This document shows, in pieces, positions 53,176 through 63,760 of a stretch of DNA of 64,000 nt. The notes under the pieces are model-generated. The model worked only from the letters and a program-made list of their open reading frames with translations. It had not been told where the DNA came from and made no database searches. Source of the DNA: an uncultured Rickettsiales bacterium (GTDB lineage: Bacteria; Pseudomonadota; Alphaproteobacteria; Rickettsiales; UBA1997); assembly GCA_944392135.1 (NCBI GenBank), contig CALXVQ010000002.1, positions 49,825 to 113,824 on the forward strand. Reading direction: 5' to 3'. The first letter of the stretch is position 1. Each line of letters begins with the position of its first letter. The translations under genes and the position numbers were made by a program.

Positions 53176-53328
53176 TCCATCCAATCCACAATCTCTTCAA
53201 AACTTCACCAATCCTTTCTTGACAGGCAAAAGTCTCTTGACTTGTTGGCTGTGGCGAAAAGGGCGGTGGAGGTTGCTGTTGAAGATGGGGAAGATGTGGC
53301 TCTTGGGTATATTGATAATAATTTATAG
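53176..53328 (+). pseudogene. relic C-terminus of an R-M specificity subunit
   Basis: Reads SIQSTISSKLHQSFLDRQKSLDLLAVAKRAVEVAVEDGEDVALGYIDNNL*; no start codon; much higher GC than flanks. Confidence 0.6.
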
Positions 53329-53880
53329 TCTTTTGTGGTAAATATTGAATATGAAGATATAGCTAGTTAATTGTATTTTGTATTGATAATAATTTATAGT
53401 TTTGTGTGGTAAATGATATAATATTAAAGATATAATTATTTGATTGTATTGATAATATTGTTTGTGGGGTGTGTAATATGTTTGTTTTGTTGTGTTGTAA
53501 AATGTCTAATTGGGGTTTGTGAGTTATAATAAATGTGCTGTGGTTCTGTGATGTGGCAACTTTGTAAAGTATTAATAATTTTTGTAATATTGTGGGGATG
53601 TTATAAAGCTTTGTTTTATTACATTAACTAAGTTATGGTGGATTTTTTTTATAATTTTTAGTATAAATTAATTTTTGTAATGATATTTATTGATAACATT
53701 TGATGTTATTTATCTAAATATTAAGTATAATATTGTATATTTTTGTTGATAAATTAATGTTTGTCAAATGAGTATTTATTGATTGAGAATTTAGAAAATA
53801 AATATAAAAATATTTATTCTAGTATAGTAAAAAATTTATGGAAGTATAAATTTAGTATTTTTGTTTATAATTTAAATTTT

Positions 53881-54140
53881 CTCAACCCCCTGCGATTTTG
53901 TTGCTTTCACCTTTATAAATGAAGGTAAGGAAAAAAGAATTTTGTCGCTCTCCCTTACGAAGGGAAGTAAAGAGAAGTGGATTTTGTCGTTCCCAATTAT
54001 AAATGGGGCAAAGGATGGTGAATTCTTTTTTTTGTAAAAGGATGAACTACTGGTTATTTGTGGATTGCTTCGTCGCCTTGCTTCTCGCAATGGCAGTATT
54101 CCTACATTGTCATTGCAAAAATCAAAGGTTCTGGCAATCT
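53881..54140. repeat. degenerate REP-like array plus RPE-like palindrome
   Basis: Three ATTTTGTCGCT..CCC...GGG hairpin units; GGATTGCTTCGTCG...CTCGCAATG and GTCATTGC...GGCAATC. Confidence 0.6.
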
Positions 54141-54277
54141 ATAAAAATTAGAAATAAAAAATAAAATTTGTATTTCCATAATTATTTTATTAATATATAA
54201 TTAAAAATTTTTGTAGAAATATTATAAATAAAAAAATAAAAATTATGAAATTTATTTATGTTTGAAAAATATACAAC

Positions 54278-54402
54278 AAAAAGGGGTTTTAAGGCCCCTT
54301 TTCGGATCAAGTCTCGTTATTATGCAGAAATAATTCTAGAGTTTATTTCGCTAACTACCACTACAATCATTCTTATTATAATATTTAAATTTTAATAATC
54401 AA
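54278..54402 (-). promoter_or_regulatory. candidate Ile/Val attenuator: promoter, leader peptide MIVVVVSEINSRIISA (54370-54320), terminator
   Basis: TTGATT-16 nt-TATAAT; 16-codon ORF with 4 Val and 4 Ile; GAAATAA/TTATTTC hairpin; GGGG/CCCC terminator with T5. Confidence 0.45.
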
Positions 54403-54505
54403 CTATTTGTATATATTTTTTATTAAATACAACTAAATATTTTATAAATATAATAATATAATATTAATTACTAAATTCATTTTTGTAATATGATTTATAA
54501 TATGC

Positions 54506-54543
54506 TATTATTGCAGTATTTGTTGATTAATACTGCAATAATA
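54506..54543 (-). terminator. secA terminator hairpin
   Basis: TATTATTGCAGTATT-8 nt-AATACTGCAATAATA perfect inverted repeat. Confidence 0.7.
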
Positions 54544-54565
54544 TGAGAACATTTATAAATATAAA

Positions 54566-57310
54566 TTATTCAAGTTTTCCACAACAATGTTTATATTTTT
54601 TGCCAGAACCACAAGGACAAGGGTCATTTCTTTTTACTTTGCCCCAAGTTGATTTATCGTTAGGATCTCTATCAATTGGATTTACCTTATTATGCATTGT
54701 TTCTTGTTTTACAATATTATTTTCTTGTGTTTTTTTATTCATTGTGTTTAAAAGTTCTGCTCTGTTGTATTGTAATTTATTTTGATTTGCATCCTGTTTT
54801 TCTTTTAAAAATTGTTCGTTTGTGTTTATGGTTTCTATATTAATAACTATATGGAAAAGTCTAATTAATAGCTCTTCATTCATGTTATATAGCAATTTTT
54901 CAAACAATTCAAAAGCTTCTCTCTTGTATTCTAATAAAGGATCCTTTTGAGCATAAGCTCTAAAATTGATACCTTGTCTTAATTTATCAAGATTATATAA
55001 ATGATCTTTCCAATATTTATCAATAGTTAATAAGAAAATTCTTTTTTCAATTTGTCTCATTACAGGGGCTGTATATAATTCTTCTTTTTTCTTATATAAT
55101 TCAGCAGTATATTGATTAATCTTGTCTAAAACATCTTTTGCTAATACATTATTGTTGTCAACATATTCTTGAATATCAAAACATTCACCATAAATTCTTT
55201 CAATTTCTGCTTGAAGTCCTTTAAGATCCCAATTATCAATATGTGATTTTTCAGGAATATATCTTTCTAAAATTTCCCTATTTTTTTCTTCTCTTAAATA
55301 GTTAATTTCTTCTGATACATCGTTCGCTTTAATAATATCCATTCTTTGTTCAAAAATAATAAGTCTTTGTTCATTTACAACATCATCATATTTAAGAACA
55401 TTTTTTCTCATTTCATAATGTACATTCTCAACTTTCTTTTGTGCTCTTTCAACCGATTTACTAATCCAAGGGTGAACTATTGCCTCTTCTTCTTCAAGTC
55501 CTAATTTTCCAAGCATACCACCTAATTTATCTGTACCAAAAATTCTTAATAAATCATCTTCAAGTGATAAGAAAAATTTAGACTTTCCAGGGTCGCCTTG
55601 TCTTCCAGATCTACCCCTTAATTGATTGTCAATTCTTCTACTTTCATGTCTTTCTGTACCCAATATATATAAACCACCAGCTTCCATAGCAATTTTTTTA
55701 TCTTCTTCAACTTTCTTTCTAATTTTATCTTCTTCAATTTTTCTTAATTCAGGATCTTCTACTTGTTGGTACATATCTTTAATTAAGAAATCAGCATTTC
55801 CACCAAGCATAATATCAGTACCCCTACCAGCCATATTTGTAGCAATTGTAACAGCTCCTGGAACACCAGCTTGTGCAACAATTTTCGATTCTCTTTCATG
55901 ATATTTAGCATTTAAAACTTGATGTGGAATATGCTTTTTTTCAAGTAAATTTGATAATAATTCCGACTTTTCAATACTAACTGTACCAATTAATACAGGT
56001 TGTTTCTTTTTGTAGCATTCTTCAACTTGATTAGCTATTGCTTTAAATTTTCCTTTTACATTTTTAAACACACAATCATCTTCGTCTAATCTTCTAATAG
56101 GTTTATTTGTAGGAATTTCAACTGTTTTTAAACCATAAATAAATTCAAACTCACTAGCTTCTGTTGATGCTGTACCTGTCATACCGGCTAATTTAGGGTA
56201 CATTCTAAAATAGTTTTGATATGTAATACTAGCTAATGTTTGATTTTCATTTTGAACTTCAACACCTTCTTTCGCCTCTAATGCTTGGTGCAAGCCATCA
56301 GAAAATCTTCTACCTTCCATAATTCTTCCAGTAAATTCGTCGACAATATAAACTTGTCCATCTTTTACTATGTAATCAACTTCATTTTTAAATAATTTAT
56401 GAGCTTTTAAAGCTTGATTTGCATGATGTATAATATCCATATATTTTACATCGTATAAATTATCATTTTCAGCAATTAGGCCAGCCTTTTTTAGTTCTTT
56501 TTCAAGCCATTCATTTCCTTCTTCGTTAAAGGATACTTGCTTATCTTTTTCATCTAAAATAAAATAATCATCGGGAATATTTTTTACAACATCATTAATT
56601 TTTCTATATAATTCAGAATTGTCATCAGTAGGGCCAGAAATAATTAATGGAGTTCTAGCTTCGTCAATTAAAATTGAGTCAACTTCATCAACTATTGCAT
56701 AATTAAATGGTCTTTGACACATTGATTCTAAACTATATTTCATATTGTCCCTTAAATAGTCGAAACCGAATTCGCTATTTGTACCATATGTGATATCGCA
56801 GTTATAAGCTGCTTTTCTTTGTGCATCGTCCATATTATGTAAAATACAGCCAACGGTTAGTCCTAAAAATCTATGAATTCCACCCATCCATTCAGCATCT
56901 CTTTTTGCTAAATAATCATTAACTGTAACAACATGAACTCCTTTTCCTTCAAGGGCATTTAGATAAGAAGGTAAGGTTGCAACAAGAGTTTTTCCTTCAC
57001 CAGTTTTCATTTCAGCAATTTCTCCCCTATGTAAAACAATACCACCAATCATTTGAACATCATAATGTCTTTGTCCTAAAACTCTTTTACTAGCTTCCCT
57101 AACAACAGCAAAAGCATATGGTAAAATATCATTTAAATTTTCACCGGCTTTTAATCTAGCTTTTAAAATATCTGTTTGAGCTCTTAAACCTTCATCACTC
57201 ATTTTTAAATAATTTTTCTCTAATGCATTTATTTTATCCACTATTAATTGCATTTTTTGAAGATGTCTTCTATTATTTGACGAAAAAACTCTTTTAACTA
57301 ATCCTAACAT
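54566..57310 (-). CDS. secA: preprotein translocase ATPase SecA
   Basis: MKTGEGKT, DEVDSILIDEARTPLIISG, QLRGRSGRQGDPG, C-terminal CPCGSGKKYKHCC. Confidence 0.99.
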   Translation of the reverse strand: MLGLVKRVFSSNNRRHLQKMQLIVDKINALEKNYLKMSDEGLRAQTDILKARLKAGENLNDILPYAFAVVREASKRVLGQRHYDVQMIGGIVLHRGEIAEMKTGEGKTLVATLPSYLNALEGKGVHVVTVNDYLAKRDAEWMGGIHRFLGLTVGCILHNMDDAQRKAAYNCDITYGTNSEFGFDYLRDNMKYSLESMCQRPFNYAIVDEVDSILIDEARTPLIISGPTDDNSELYRKINDVVKNIPDDYFILDEKDKQVSFNEEGNEWLEKELKKAGLIAENDNLYDVKYMDIIHHANQALKAHKLFKNEVDYIVKDGQVYIVDEFTGRIMEGRRFSDGLHQALEAKEGVEVQNENQTLASITYQNYFRMYPKLAGMTGTASTEASEFEFIYGLKTVEIPTNKPIRRLDEDDCVFKNVKGKFKAIANQVEECYKKKQPVLIGTVSIEKSELLSNLLEKKHIPHQVLNAKYHERESKIVAQAGVPGAVTIATNMAGRGTDIMLGGNADFLIKDMYQQVEDPELRKIEEDKIRKKVEEDKKIAMEAGGLYILGTERHESRRIDNQLRGRSGRQGDPGKSKFFLSLEDDLLRIFGTDKLGGMLGKLGLEEEEAIVHPWISKSVERAQKKVENVHYEMRKNVLKYDDVVNEQRLIIFEQRMDIIKANDVSEEINYLREEKNREILERYIPEKSHIDNWDLKGLQAEIERIYGECFDIQEYVDNNNVLAKDVLDKINQYTAELYKKKEELYTAPVMRQIEKRIFLLTIDKYWKDHLYNLDKLRQGINFRAYAQKDPLLEYKREAFELFEKLLYNMNEELLIRLFHIVINIETINTNEQFLKEKQDANQNKLQYNRAELLNTMNKKTQENNIVKQETMHNKVNPIDRDPNDKSTWGKVKRNDPCPCGSGKKYKHCCGKLE

Positions 57311-57443
57311 TTTTTTAAATTATTATTATTTTAATATACTATTAATGTAGTTTAAAAATATAAAATTAAAAGTCTATATAATATTTACTTTTAAACTTGT
57401 TTTTTTAAAAAGTATTATTAAGATTAAATAAAAAATCAATAAA

Positions 57444-58805
57444 ATGTTTAATAAAAAGTTATTTTTAAGTTATTTATTATCTTATTTATTTTTATTGTTT
57501 GCTAATTTATCTTTTGCTAATGCAACACAAAAAATAGATACAGAAACAGAACAACAAGAAAAGTTAAATTTTCAACAAATTCTTGAATACACATTTAATA
57601 ATAACGATTCTTTAAATGCAGAAAGAGAAAAAACAAAAGCAATTGAAACATTAAAATTTAAAACATTAGGTAAAAATGCTTTACCTGTTGTTGGTATTGA
57701 TTTAAATTATGGTTATACTGACTTTTATGAAAGTATGGGTAATGACACAATGAAATTTGAAATTGATACAGATGGTGAATTAATGAATAATTCAATTTAT
57801 TTAAGTCAACCACTTTTTAAGAGTGGTAGAACAATCACCCAATTAGAAGCGGTTGATAATCAAATATTAATTCAAAAAAGTAAATTATATCAAACAGAAC
57901 AAGAAATACTTTATAATACAATTTATGCAATAATTACATTATTACAAAACAAAGAAATACTTGATATATCAATACAAAATGAAGAATCTTTAAAAAAGAA
58001 TTATGAATATGTGAAAGCTAAAAAAGATGTTGGCAGAACTAGTATTGCTGATACCTCATTAGCAGAAGCTAGATATAGTGCTGCAAAAGCTGATACAACA
58101 ATGGCTAAAACCAATTATCTTAATGCCAAGTCTAATTTTTATAAAATTACTAAAATTAATGCTGATAATATTGATGTAAGTTATGATAAAATTTTTCAAA
58201 CAACATTCAATTACAATATAGATTACAATAATCTTTTAGAAAAAGCATTAACCAATAATCCACAATATCAAATGGCAAAATATAATTATGAAATGAATAA
58301 AAGTAATTTAAAATATGCTAAAACAAATTTTTTACCAGAATTATATTTGAATGCACAATATGGAAAACAAAAAACTTCTGATGTTATAGAACAAAATGCT
58401 GCTAGTGTTAGTTTAAATCTTAAAATTCCATTGTTTCAATCTGGTGTAGAATATGCAATACATAAAGAAGCTGGTTATTTATTAAATGAATCTAAATTTA
58501 CATTAAATGATGTAAAAGAAACTCTAATAAATCAAACTTCTACAACATATGATGATTTTATATCATCAAAAAGTGTGGTTGTTAGTACAAAATCTTATAA
58601 AGATGCCGCAAAAATTGCTTATGAAAACACTGTTGAAGCTGAAAGGGTTGGAAGATTAACAATAGTTGATGTTTTAAATAGAAGAAAAGAATATTATGAT
58701 GCTAGTATTTCTTTACTATATACAAAAACTAATAATATAATGTATTATTTTACATTAAAAATGCTTATGGGTGAATTAAATTTAGAAAATCTTTTTATAA
58801 AATAA
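57444..58805 (+). CDS. tolC: TolC-family outer-membrane efflux protein
   Basis: Signal peptide; LSQPLF, FLPELYL, LKIPLFQSG, VGRLTIVDVL motifs. Confidence 0.88.
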   Translation: MFNKKLFLSYLLSYLFLLFANLSFANATQKIDTETEQQEKLNFQQILEYTFNNNDSLNAEREKTKAIETLKFKTLGKNALPVVGIDLNYGYTDFYESMGNDTMKFEIDTDGELMNNSIYLSQPLFKSGRTITQLEAVDNQILIQKSKLYQTEQEILYNTIYAIITLLQNKEILDISIQNEESLKKNYEYVKAKKDVGRTSIADTSLAEARYSAAKADTTMAKTNYLNAKSNFYKITKINADNIDVSYDKIFQTTFNYNIDYNNLLEKALTNNPQYQMAKYNYEMNKSNLKYAKTNFLPELYLNAQYGKQKTSDVIEQNAASVSLNLKIPLFQSGVEYAIHKEAGYLLNESKFTLNDVKETLINQTSTTYDDFISSKSVVVSTKSYKDAAKIAYENTVEAERVGRLTIVDVLNRRKEYYDASISLLYTKTNNIMYYFTLKMLMGELNLENLFIK

Positions 58806-58815
58806 TGGGGGAAAT

Positions 58816-60921
58816 ATGGAAAATAATAAGGATAAAAAGAATAATACACTAGGAAGCTTGGGTAATATAGCTAATGTCAGCGAACAAATTTTTGATGGGA
58901 CAAATAACAATCAAATTGATGATTTAGATATCCCTCTTAATGATGATGATGATTTTTTAAATTTAGATGATGATAATACAAATGAAAACAACTTAACAGA
59001 TATATCAAATACAACAAATAACAATATAAATAATAATTTAGCAGATACACAAAATATAGTGAATAATGACTTAAATAATAATATAAATATAGATAATACA
59101 AAGAATGATACTAATAATAATTTAAGCAATAATAATAATATAAATACAACTAATACAGAAAACAATATTTATAATAATGCAAATAATGATTTAGATTTAG
59201 AATTAGAAGCAGAAAATGATGATGATTTTTTAAATAACAATACAATGCAATTAAATACATTATCTAATCAAAATACTAATAATTCTATACAAACAGAAAG
59301 TACTGATAATTTATCAAATAAAACTGTAATAACAGAAACAAATATACCAACTCAAACAGAAAATAATAAAAAAGAAGAAAATTTAGATTTAGATGCTCCA
59401 ATGGAAATAGAAGATGATGAGGATGCTATAAATTTAGATAATCAACCACAACCAGTACAGCCAATACAACCAATACAACCAATACAACAAGCACAGATAG
59501 CAAATAATGAAAATAAAAATTTGCAAAATGATTTAGTACAGAAAACAGAGACAACAATTGATAATACAGAATTAGCAAAAGAAAATATAGAAGAAAAAAC
59601 AAATTTAATGGATAACAATATTAATAATATCACAGATTTATCAACAAAATTAACAGAATCAGAAACAACAGCTAGTACAATAATTAATGATACAGATAAA
59701 ACAAAAGAAGAGATTAAAGAAAATAATATATCAATAGATAATAATAAGGTTGCCGAAGAAATATCAACACAAAATAATTCAACAGATAATAATATAGAGA
59801 CAACAATAAATAATATAGAAGAGGAAAAAACAATAGAAAATAATTCAAAAGAAGATACATTAATAAACAATATTAATAATAATATTGACAATAATATTCA
59901 AGATTTATCAAAAAAATCAATAAATGAAAAACTAACACTTGATAATGTTGAGTCAATAGCTGACAATACAGTCAATGACAACGATATCAAAGATGTAAAA
60001 GAAGATTTAACAATAAATAATGGTGATAATCTTGCTGATTTACAAAAAGAGTTAGATGAAATAGATTCTGAGAATAATACAGAAAATGTTGTAAAGAATA
60101 TTAGTTTACAACAAGAAGAGGAAAATATACAAAATTCAATTGATATGCAAAATCAAATCAATCAACAAAACAATAAACCAGACTACAATATGAAAAATGA
60201 AATTAAAAATATGATATCTCCTGATGATTTATTACAAGATTTAGAAGCAATAAATGATGATTTTGCACAAGAAATACAAGAAGAAAAAGAAAAAAAAATA
60301 TTAGAAGCACAAAAAAAAGCTGAAATAGAAACTGGTGAAACTAAGGAAGAAGAACAAAATGTTGAATTAGAAAAAATTGAGGATGATACACAAAATCAAA
60401 ATGATATTGCCAATTTAAATCTTGATAATATAGAGGAATATTTAAAAAATAATGCTAAAAATTTTAAAGAGAATGAAACTCATTTAAAAGAGACAACGGA
60501 TAGTGTTTTAAATAATAGTAAATATGCAAACAATGCAAAAACAGAAGATACTTCTATAAATAATTTAGACCATGATGATTTAGATGATGATTTAGATGAT
60601 GACGATTTAGATGATGATGATTTAAATGAGGATTTAGATGATGGTTTGAAAGATGATACAAACACTAATACAATAGATAATAATTATAATTTAGATAAAA
60701 ATAAAAATATATCTAATAAAAAAACAGCTAATAATTATATTTTAAATGACTATGAAAATACATCTTTTAAAAATATTCAATTAGATGATGATTTATGGAA
60801 AGAATTAAATTTACCAGATGATATAATGGATAAAATAAAAATTAGGGTAAAAATAGAAATTAAAACTTTTTTGAGAGAAGAATTATTGCCTATATTAGAA
60901 AAAATAATTAGAAGAATATAG
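58816..60921 (+). CDS. PopZ-like polar scaffold protein (very long acidic low-complexity region)
   Basis: Directly after tolC; C-terminal IKTFLREELLPILEKIIRRI resembles the PopZ/DUF2497 helix. Confidence 0.55.
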   Translation: MENNKDKKNNTLGSLGNIANVSEQIFDGTNNNQIDDLDIPLNDDDDFLNLDDDNTNENNLTDISNTTNNNINNNLADTQNIVNNDLNNNINIDNTKNDTNNNLSNNNNINTTNTENNIYNNANNDLDLELEAENDDDFLNNNTMQLNTLSNQNTNNSIQTESTDNLSNKTVITETNIPTQTENNKKEENLDLDAPMEIEDDEDAINLDNQPQPVQPIQPIQPIQQAQIANNENKNLQNDLVQKTETTIDNTELAKENIEEKTNLMDNNINNITDLSTKLTESETTASTIINDTDKTKEEIKENNISIDNNKVAEEISTQNNSTDNNIETTINNIEEEKTIENNSKEDTLINNINNNIDNNIQDLSKKSINEKLTLDNVESIADNTVNDNDIKDVKEDLTINNGDNLADLQKELDEIDSENNTENVVKNISLQQEEENIQNSIDMQNQINQQNNKPDYNMKNEIKNMISPDDLLQDLEAINDDFAQEIQEEKEKKILEAQKKAEIETGETKEEEQNVELEKIEDDTQNQNDIANLNLDNIEEYLKNNAKNFKENETHLKETTDSVLNNSKYANNAKTEDTSINNLDHDDLDDDLDDDDLDDDDLNEDLDDGLKDDTNTNTIDNNYNLDKNKNISNKKTANNYILNDYENTSFKNIQLDDDLWKELNLPDDIMDKIKIRVKIEIKTFLREELLPILEKIIRRI

Positions 60922-60923
60922 AA

Positions 60924-61619
60924 ATGAGAGAAATTTGCTTTGATACAGAAACGACCGGTTTAGACCCAAAAGAAGGTGATAGAATTATTGAAATTGGTTG
61001 TGTGGAAATAGTTGATAGAAAAATTACTGGTAATACTTTTAGAGAAATAATTAATCCAAATAGAAAAAATAGTGCTGAATCTATTAATATAACAGGTTTA
61101 ACTGATGAAATATTAAAAGATAAACCATTTTTTGAAGAAATTGCTGATAAATTTTTAGAATTTATAGGAGATAGTAAATTAATTGCACACAATGCAAACT
61201 TTGATATTAATTTCATAAATCACGAATTAGGTTTAATGGGCAAAGAACCATTAAAAAATGAAGTTGTAGACTCATTAGCATTAGCTAAAATTAAATTTCC
61301 TGGCAAAAAAAATAATTTAGATGTACTATGCGAAAGATTTAATATTGATAATTCTGCCAGAGACAAACATGGAGCTTTGCTTGATGCTGAATTATTAGCA
61401 GAGGTATATTTAAATTTAACGCAGGAAGAACAGGCACAATTTTTCAAAGATAATATAGAACAAAATACTTCCCTATCAATGGAAGATTTAATGAAATTAA
61501 TAAAAAATAATCCAAAAAGAGAATCGAGAAATTTTAAAATTTCCAATGAAGAAGAAGAATTGCATAATAAATTTATTGAAAAAAATGTTTCTAATTCTTT
61601 ATGGTCTCAAAAAAATTAA
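60924..61619 (+). CDS. dnaQ: DNA polymerase III epsilon subunit
   Basis: DTETTG, AHNANFD, HGALLDAELLAEVY. Confidence 0.97.
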   Translation: MREICFDTETTGLDPKEGDRIIEIGCVEIVDRKITGNTFREIINPNRKNSAESINITGLTDEILKDKPFFEEIADKFLEFIGDSKLIAHNANFDINFINHELGLMGKEPLKNEVVDSLALAKIKFPGKKNNLDVLCERFNIDNSARDKHGALLDAELLAEVYLNLTQEEQAQFFKDNIEQNTSLSMEDLMKLIKNNPKRESRNFKISNEEEELHNKFIEKNVSNSLWSQKN

Positions 61620-61771
61620 TTTAATGAAAATTAAAAATATTATTATTTTTTGCATATAATTCTAATAATATCAAATATTCAAGGTATATTTATAAAATAT
61701 AATGAATTTTTGTGTTGACTTTTAGTATTAAAATTTTATCATAGTATATTATTAATAATTATTTTTTTGAT

Positions 61772-62176
61772 ATGAAAAAAAGTTATATATATATTTTCTT
61801 ATGTTTATTAACACTTGTAAGCTTAAATGCAAATGCAGAACATTACCAAGGTCCAGTTGAAAATTCTTATCAAAAAGCTAGTGTTAATAGTCCTTATTTA
61901 GGTGCACAAAAATTAACAGTAAAAGATTTATCAAGTGAACATGATGATGATTATGTTATTTTGGAAGGTTATATTGTTAAAAAAATAAAAGGAGAAACTT
62001 TCTTATTCCAAGACTCAACCGGTGAAATTCAAATAGAAATTGACCATAAAAGAAATTACATTTTAGAAAATGTAAATGAAAAAACATTGGTTGAAATTTC
62101 TGGCGAATATGACAAAAATACATTCGAACCAGATGAAATTGAAGTAAAAAATCTTAAAATTATAAAACAAAATTAA
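61772..62176 (+). CDS. YgiW/YdeI-family OB-fold periplasmic protein
   Basis: Signal peptide; DDDYVILEGYI, FQDSTGEIQIEID. Confidence 0.88.
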   Translation: MKKSYIYIFLCLLTLVSLNANAEHYQGPVENSYQKASVNSPYLGAQKLTVKDLSSEHDDDYVILEGYIVKKIKGETFLFQDSTGEIQIEIDHKRNYILENVNEKTLVEISGEYDKNTFEPDEIEVKNLKIIKQN

Positions 62177-62199
62177 TTAATAAATACATTTATTAATTT

Positions 62200-62229
62200 A
62201 AAATAGCCTTATAAATTAAGGCTATTTTT
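62200..62229. terminator. intrinsic terminator
   Basis: AAAATAGCCTT-7 nt-AAGGCTATTTT. Confidence 0.75.
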
Positions 62230-62321
62230 ATAATCTTATAAAAATTGATAAACATTATAAATAAATCTTGCTAAATTAATAAAAGTAGTTATATTATAAA
62301 TATACAACTATAAATTATCTT

Positions 62322-62819
62322 ATGAAAAAAATTTTAACTATATTATTTCTTATTTGCGGATGTGCAAAAAATGAAATTCCACAAAACTTAATTATTCAAG
62401 ATTTTGATTCAAATAAATATTTAGGCACTTGGTACGAAATAGCTAGAATTGACAATAAGTTTGAAAAAAATTTAATTAATGTAAAAACTGAATATACCAT
62501 AAAAGATAATGGTAAAATAAAAGTTATAAATAGTGGTTATAATACTGAAAAGAAAGAAAATAAATCTATTGAAGGTGTAGCTTATATTGTTAAAGAAGGA
62601 GTGGGACAATTAAAAGTATCATTTTTTAGACCATTTTATGCATATTATAATATACTTATATTAGACACAAATTATGAATATGCTGTTGTAGCCGGTGGAA
62701 ATTATGAATATTTATGGATTTTAAGTAGAAATCCACAAATGCCTAACACACTATACAATGAGTTAGTAAATAAGATTTCTAAAATGGGTTTTGATACATC
62801 AAAAATTTTAAAATTATAA
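62322..62819 (+). CDS. blc: bacterial lipocalin
   Basis: Lipobox ICGC; YLGTWYEIAR, LKVSFF, YLWILSR. Confidence 0.92.
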   Translation: MKKILTILFLICGCAKNEIPQNLIIQDFDSNKYLGTWYEIARIDNKFEKNLINVKTEYTIKDNGKIKVINSGYNTEKKENKSIEGVAYIVKEGVGQLKVSFFRPFYAYYNILILDTNYEYAVVAGGNYEYLWILSRNPQMPNTLYNELVNKISKMGFDTSKILKL

Positions 62820-62869
62820 TAATAAATATAGTTTGGTATAATATTACTAATATTATTAAATGCTGAAAT

Positions 62870-63760
62870 TATGACGAGTTGCAAAGCAACTCTCGCAATG
62901 ACAACTTTTTTTTCGTCATTGCGAACGAAGCGAAGCAATCTATAAACCATTGACAGTAAATATAAAAACAAAAAAGAAAAAGAATTCTCTGCTACTTAAT
63001 TCATAATCACATCTCACCCCCATTCGTTATTGCGAGCAAAAAACAATCTATAAACACTATTCACCCACCCCCTTCGTCATTGCGAGCGAAGCGAAGCAAT
63101 CCACAAACCATTGGCAGTTAATACAAAAACAAAAAAGAAAAAGAATTCCATGAATGATTAATTGTATCCCATACTGAGATTGCCACAGGCTTTTCAAGCC
63201 CTCGCAATGATGGTTCTATAATTGCAATGACGATGTGTAGGTGTTGGCTTTCCAATGACAAGCTTGGGTTGTGTGTAGTGGTTGCCATACTGAGATTGCC
63301 ACGAGTTCTACGAACTCTCGCAATGACAACTCTTTTTTCGTCATTGCGAGCGAAGCGAAGCAATCCATAAACCATTGGCAGTTAATACAAAAACAAAAAA
63401 GAAAAAACATTCACTGTTTTTTATCAAGTCCAAGAATTAATTTCAAATGAAATATTAATTTTCAATTTTCAATTTCTTATGGATTGCCACGGCTTTTTCA
63501 AAGCCTCGCAATGACAGGCCAAGAATAAACGAGATTGCCACGAGTTGCAAGCAACTCTCGCAATGACAACTCTTTTTTCGTCATTGCGAACAAAAAGCAA
63601 GCCGCAAACACCACTCGCCCCCTTATTTTTGCGAACAAAAAGCAATCTATAAACCACGAACTGCCACCCCTTCGTCATTGCGAGGAGCAAGGCGACGAAG
63701 CAATCCATAAACCACCAATAATAAATATAAAAACAGAAAAACAAAAAAATAAAAGGATTT
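62870..63760. repeat. array of RPE/REP-like palindromes
   Basis: Many GTCATTGCGA...GCAATC and GATTGCCAC...CTCGCAATGAC units in both orientations with repeated spacers. Confidence 0.88.

Noticed and set aside
53159-53341. 60-aa ORF from the track
   Set aside because: A different frame (53176-53328) gives the recognisable S-subunit-like peptide
54278-54400. tmRNA piece, SRP RNA or 6S RNA
   Set aside because: No tRNA-like domain, ANDN-type tag or SRP motif; too short for 6S
62870-63760. CRISPR array, and the short ORFs called here
   Set aside because: Units occur in both orientations with repeated rather than unique spacers; ORFs are translations of the palindromes
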